From Anthoceros angustus (Eukaryota > Plantae > Anthocerotophyta), in the NCBI GenBank assembly GCA_010909165.1, contig VJWM01000273.1:81848-145847 (forward strand): 64,000 bases of DNA. Reading direction: 5' to 3'. Numbering within the stretch: position 1 is the first letter of the stretch; each line of letters begins with the position of its first letter. The position numbers and the translations under genes were made by a program. Positions 61,501-64,000 of this stretch are shown one piece after another. The notes beneath the pieces are model-generated. The model was given only the letters and a program-made list of their open reading frames with translations. It made no database searches and was not told where the DNA came from.

Positions 61501-63167
61501 GGATTCCTTCCAAATAACACATGTCCTGTGTGGTCTTCTTAGGCACCTTCCTTTAGCCGCAAAGCACCAAGCACTCCTTGTCCCTCCTCTCGGGTCAAGT
61601 ACACAATGTTAAAGGGATGCTGAATCATCCAACTCCTTACTTGTGAGTAGCCTCTACTTCCCACAAATGACTAGATAAGTGCTAAGATAGCCTGACCTTG
61701 GACCTCTTCATCCGACGCTTGGGTTTCAAAGAACTTCTCCCGGTAGGTGTATGCTCATACATGATGAGCCCCTCAATCCGCTTCGGCTCCTGAGTGATCT
61801 TCCATAGAAAATGGAGGAAGGTAGTGCTGAAATATGACACCTTGGATTGCTCACCAAGCCCAAAACAATTCTTGTGAACAATCTCCACTTGGGCTCAATA
61901 TTTGGTCCGTCGCCAATTGCTTGGACTTAGCCTTCATGCCCCCTTGCATAAGTGTAAGGGCCTTGGGAAGATCCGCCTGCTGATGCACGCTGCCTCCACT
62001 GCTTCCTTCCATCAACGTGATTCCGCTTATCCGCTATCCTACCGCCATATACCGCGTATGCTCCTTATAGTCCAACACCGTGGATCCGTCTGCATGCTCC
62101 TATCCGGTAAGGCAGCCAATTCCTCCGTCTTCAAATTAGCAAAACACTCCTCTATCAATTCAAGGTTGGTGTAGACCAATGCGCCATACACCCACTCTAA
62201 TCAATATTCTCCCGCTGCCCAAGGTCGAAAGTCTCAAGGTCTCTAGAGGATGGGCCCGCATAGCACGTAACAATGGCATGTCAAATTCCACCCTCCGGTC
62301 GATCCCCGCCTTAGACCTCTTGCCTGGGCCCCGCGCCACCTCCCTTGGTGGACGCTCCTTCTTGGCTACTACTCCTTGCCCTTGGTCATGGTAGGCTTGG
62401 TCATGGCCTCCTTGGTTAGTACTCTGCATGAAATTGAAGAAAAGTGATGCCTCTCCCGCAATTCCTCTGCAGCACCGCCTTCCTATCCTTGCAAACGCTT
62501 TCTCCTCCTCCGATTTGCTCTTGCTCACGGCACAAAGGTCCTTGCCCTTGCTCTCCTCCTCGCTAGCCTCCTTACACCTTGGCGTCCCCAAACCCCGATT
62601 TTTCCTGCAAGAGAAAGCTCAACAAAATTCCCCGGACTCTTACACCGCCACATGAATTTAGGAGCCCTTCCCTGCGGTTTCCTAGCAATCTTGCCACGCT
62701 CCACCCTCCTAGGCACCCTCACGAGCCAGGCAAGTGTTGCTGCGCCCCAACCTTCTTCTCCTTCTCCTCTTTTCCTCCTTCCTCTTGGGCGCCTCGGGCG
62801 GATTTCCGCCTCCTTGCCGAGCTTGCGCCCTCCTTCTCCTCCTCAAAGACGGGGTATGCGGGCGTTGTTGCATGGGGCCTTGAGGTGGCGGCGCCTTCCC
62901 ACCGTGGAGGCTGCTCTCAAGTTTCGAGTTGTGGCCTCCGCAGCACCTGCAGCTCACTTTTATAAGTCACCCAAGGTTAGAAAAAGTAACTACCATTCTA
63001 TCCTGCTCTTGGATGTGCCACGTGGCCTTTCACCGTTGATGTTAGTTTCCTAATTCCTTATACTAAAATACCATTTTCCCTATTTTTCTAATTTCTAATT
63101 AAAAATTAGCCTCTAATTTCTTAATTACCTATTTTGGCCTATTTACCTAGTCCACTAAAAGACTCTA
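55578..63167 (-). mobile_element. Athila/Tat-like element A3 internal region: two successive promoter+env-like cassettes, split by a CACTA
   Basis: The AT-rich CTTATAAAAG-containing segment occurs twice (62950-63167 and 56200-56450), each followed by related ORF starts. Cassette 1 ORF spans ~62900-60721 plus 57399-56790. Confidence 0.75.
57400..60720. mobile_element. Non-autonomous CACTA element (3.3 kb)
   Basis: Left TIR CACTACTAGGAAAA (57400-57413) and degraded right TIR TTTCCTAGTAAG (60709-60720). Many TTTACTAC/TTTACAAC and inverted GTAGTAA/TTGTAAA subterminal repeats. The host sequence GCTTGTCTT|C(T)TCCGCC rejoins across it, compatible with a 3-bp TSD. Confidence 0.8.
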
Positions 63168-63508
63168 ATCCCCAAACGCTGATCATTGATAATATAGGAA
63201 TGTTATCTTCCCTGTATCGCTATGGAACTGTATGTTATGTTGGCGGTGGCTTCGGCGACGATGGAGTGCACAATGTACTTGAAGCCGCGGTGTATGGGAA
63301 GCCTGTTGTATTCGGACCGGTTTATGAAAAATACCGGGAAGCTTTGGAACTCGTAAATACAGGAGGAGGATTCCGGTTTCATCCGCATTACAACTGGAAG
63401 AAACCCTGGCGGATCTGATCAAAATCCTCTCCGGGAGAACTGGCAGGTAAATATGTTTACAGTAACAGTGGGGCTACTGCGAAAATTCTAAGTCAATTAA
63501 AAAGCTGA
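63168..63508 (+). CDS. waaA: 3' end of Kdo transferase (3-deoxy-D-manno-octulosonic acid transferase), Bacteroidota-type, one apparent frameshift
   Basis: LIIDNIGMLSSLYRYGTVCYVGGGFGDDGVHNVLEAAVYGKPVVFGPVYEKYREALEL is the characteristic KdtA/WaaA C-terminal GT-B region. It ends GATAKILSQLKS-stop. Confidence 0.85.
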
Positions 63509-63598
63509 TTGGCTAAACTGAAAATGTTTACGACAAAATCCTTATAGAATAATATTTATCCATGGAAAAGAATCCACTTTGGACCGGCAACTCCTGGA

Positions 63599-64000
63599 TT
63601 ATGGTTCCTGAAACGACCTACAAAATCTCCTTCTAACCAGCTGATCGAAATGAGCGACGGTAGAACTTGATTCATCCCATCCTATTTTCACTTTCAATTC
63701 GCGCTGGATCCAGTATTCCGCTTCAGCAAGGATCTTGAAATTATTGATGGTTTTGATACTCCGCTCATACATAACCTCATCACCCTGAACAATTCATTGA
63801 TAAAAGTATATCGGTCGTTGATACCAATAGCTTTTTAAGATCGCGGAATCAGTCAGCCTGTGACCAACTTCAACCACCTGGGTTTTAAGCCGGTCGTTCA
63901 GTGAATTCGGATCAGCACGCATCACTTCATTGATTTCCTGACAGTGGTTTGCTGGGCAAGTGTCGGAACTTCCTGCAAAGGATCGTAATGATGTCCGTTT
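63599..64000 (-). CDS. 3' end of a conserved Bacteroidota-like hypothetical protein, frameshifted
   Basis: KAIGINDRYTFINELFR/GDEVMYERSIKTINNF..AEYWIQRELKVKIGW...FDQLVRRRF. Intronless and convergent with waaA. Family recognised from memory only. Confidence 0.6.

Noticed and set aside
51839-63167. One giant inverted repeat or fold-back element (A2 vs A3)
   Set aside because: The copies are diverged, have different insertions and different downstream structure. They are better explained as separate family members in opposite orientation.
1-64000. CRISPR array, tRNA or rRNA genes
   Set aside because: No regularly spaced repeat-spacer array and no cloverleaf or rRNA signature seen. The short repeats are TE subterminal or LTR motifs.

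Overview
Repeat-dense eukaryotic DNA, most consistent with a (probably non-seed) land plant, with a very high indel rate: every recognisable coding region is frameshifted, which suggests unpolished long-read sequence. About 85% is nested transposable elements. (1) Five segments of an Athila/Tat-like Ty3 lineage with ~1 kb LTRs and env-like ORF cassettes, with no gag-pol in the window. (2) A full-length Ty1/Copia (41965-49373, TTCCC TSD) nested in a CACTA element, plus the 3' end of a second Copia. (3) A non-autonomous CACTA (57400-60720). (4) A ~9 kb composite insertion (16980-26016) with a Sola-type DDD transposase, a ParB-like ORF and MuDR-like remnants. (5) A Naiad/Chlamys-type Penelope-like RT abutting a TA/CA microsatellite and joined back-to-back to a CRE-like endonuclease tail. 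One host gene (Tify+Tify+PHD, IDM1-like family) is cut inside its PHD finger. An AT-rich multi-exon gene fragment is unidentified. The last ~830 bp are Bacteroidota-type DNA (waaA/kdtA 3' end and a convergent hypothetical gene) joined abruptly to plant retroelement sequence, so the window is either chimeric or contains a bacterial insertion. All family assignments come from motif recognition by eye, and most boundaries are approximate.
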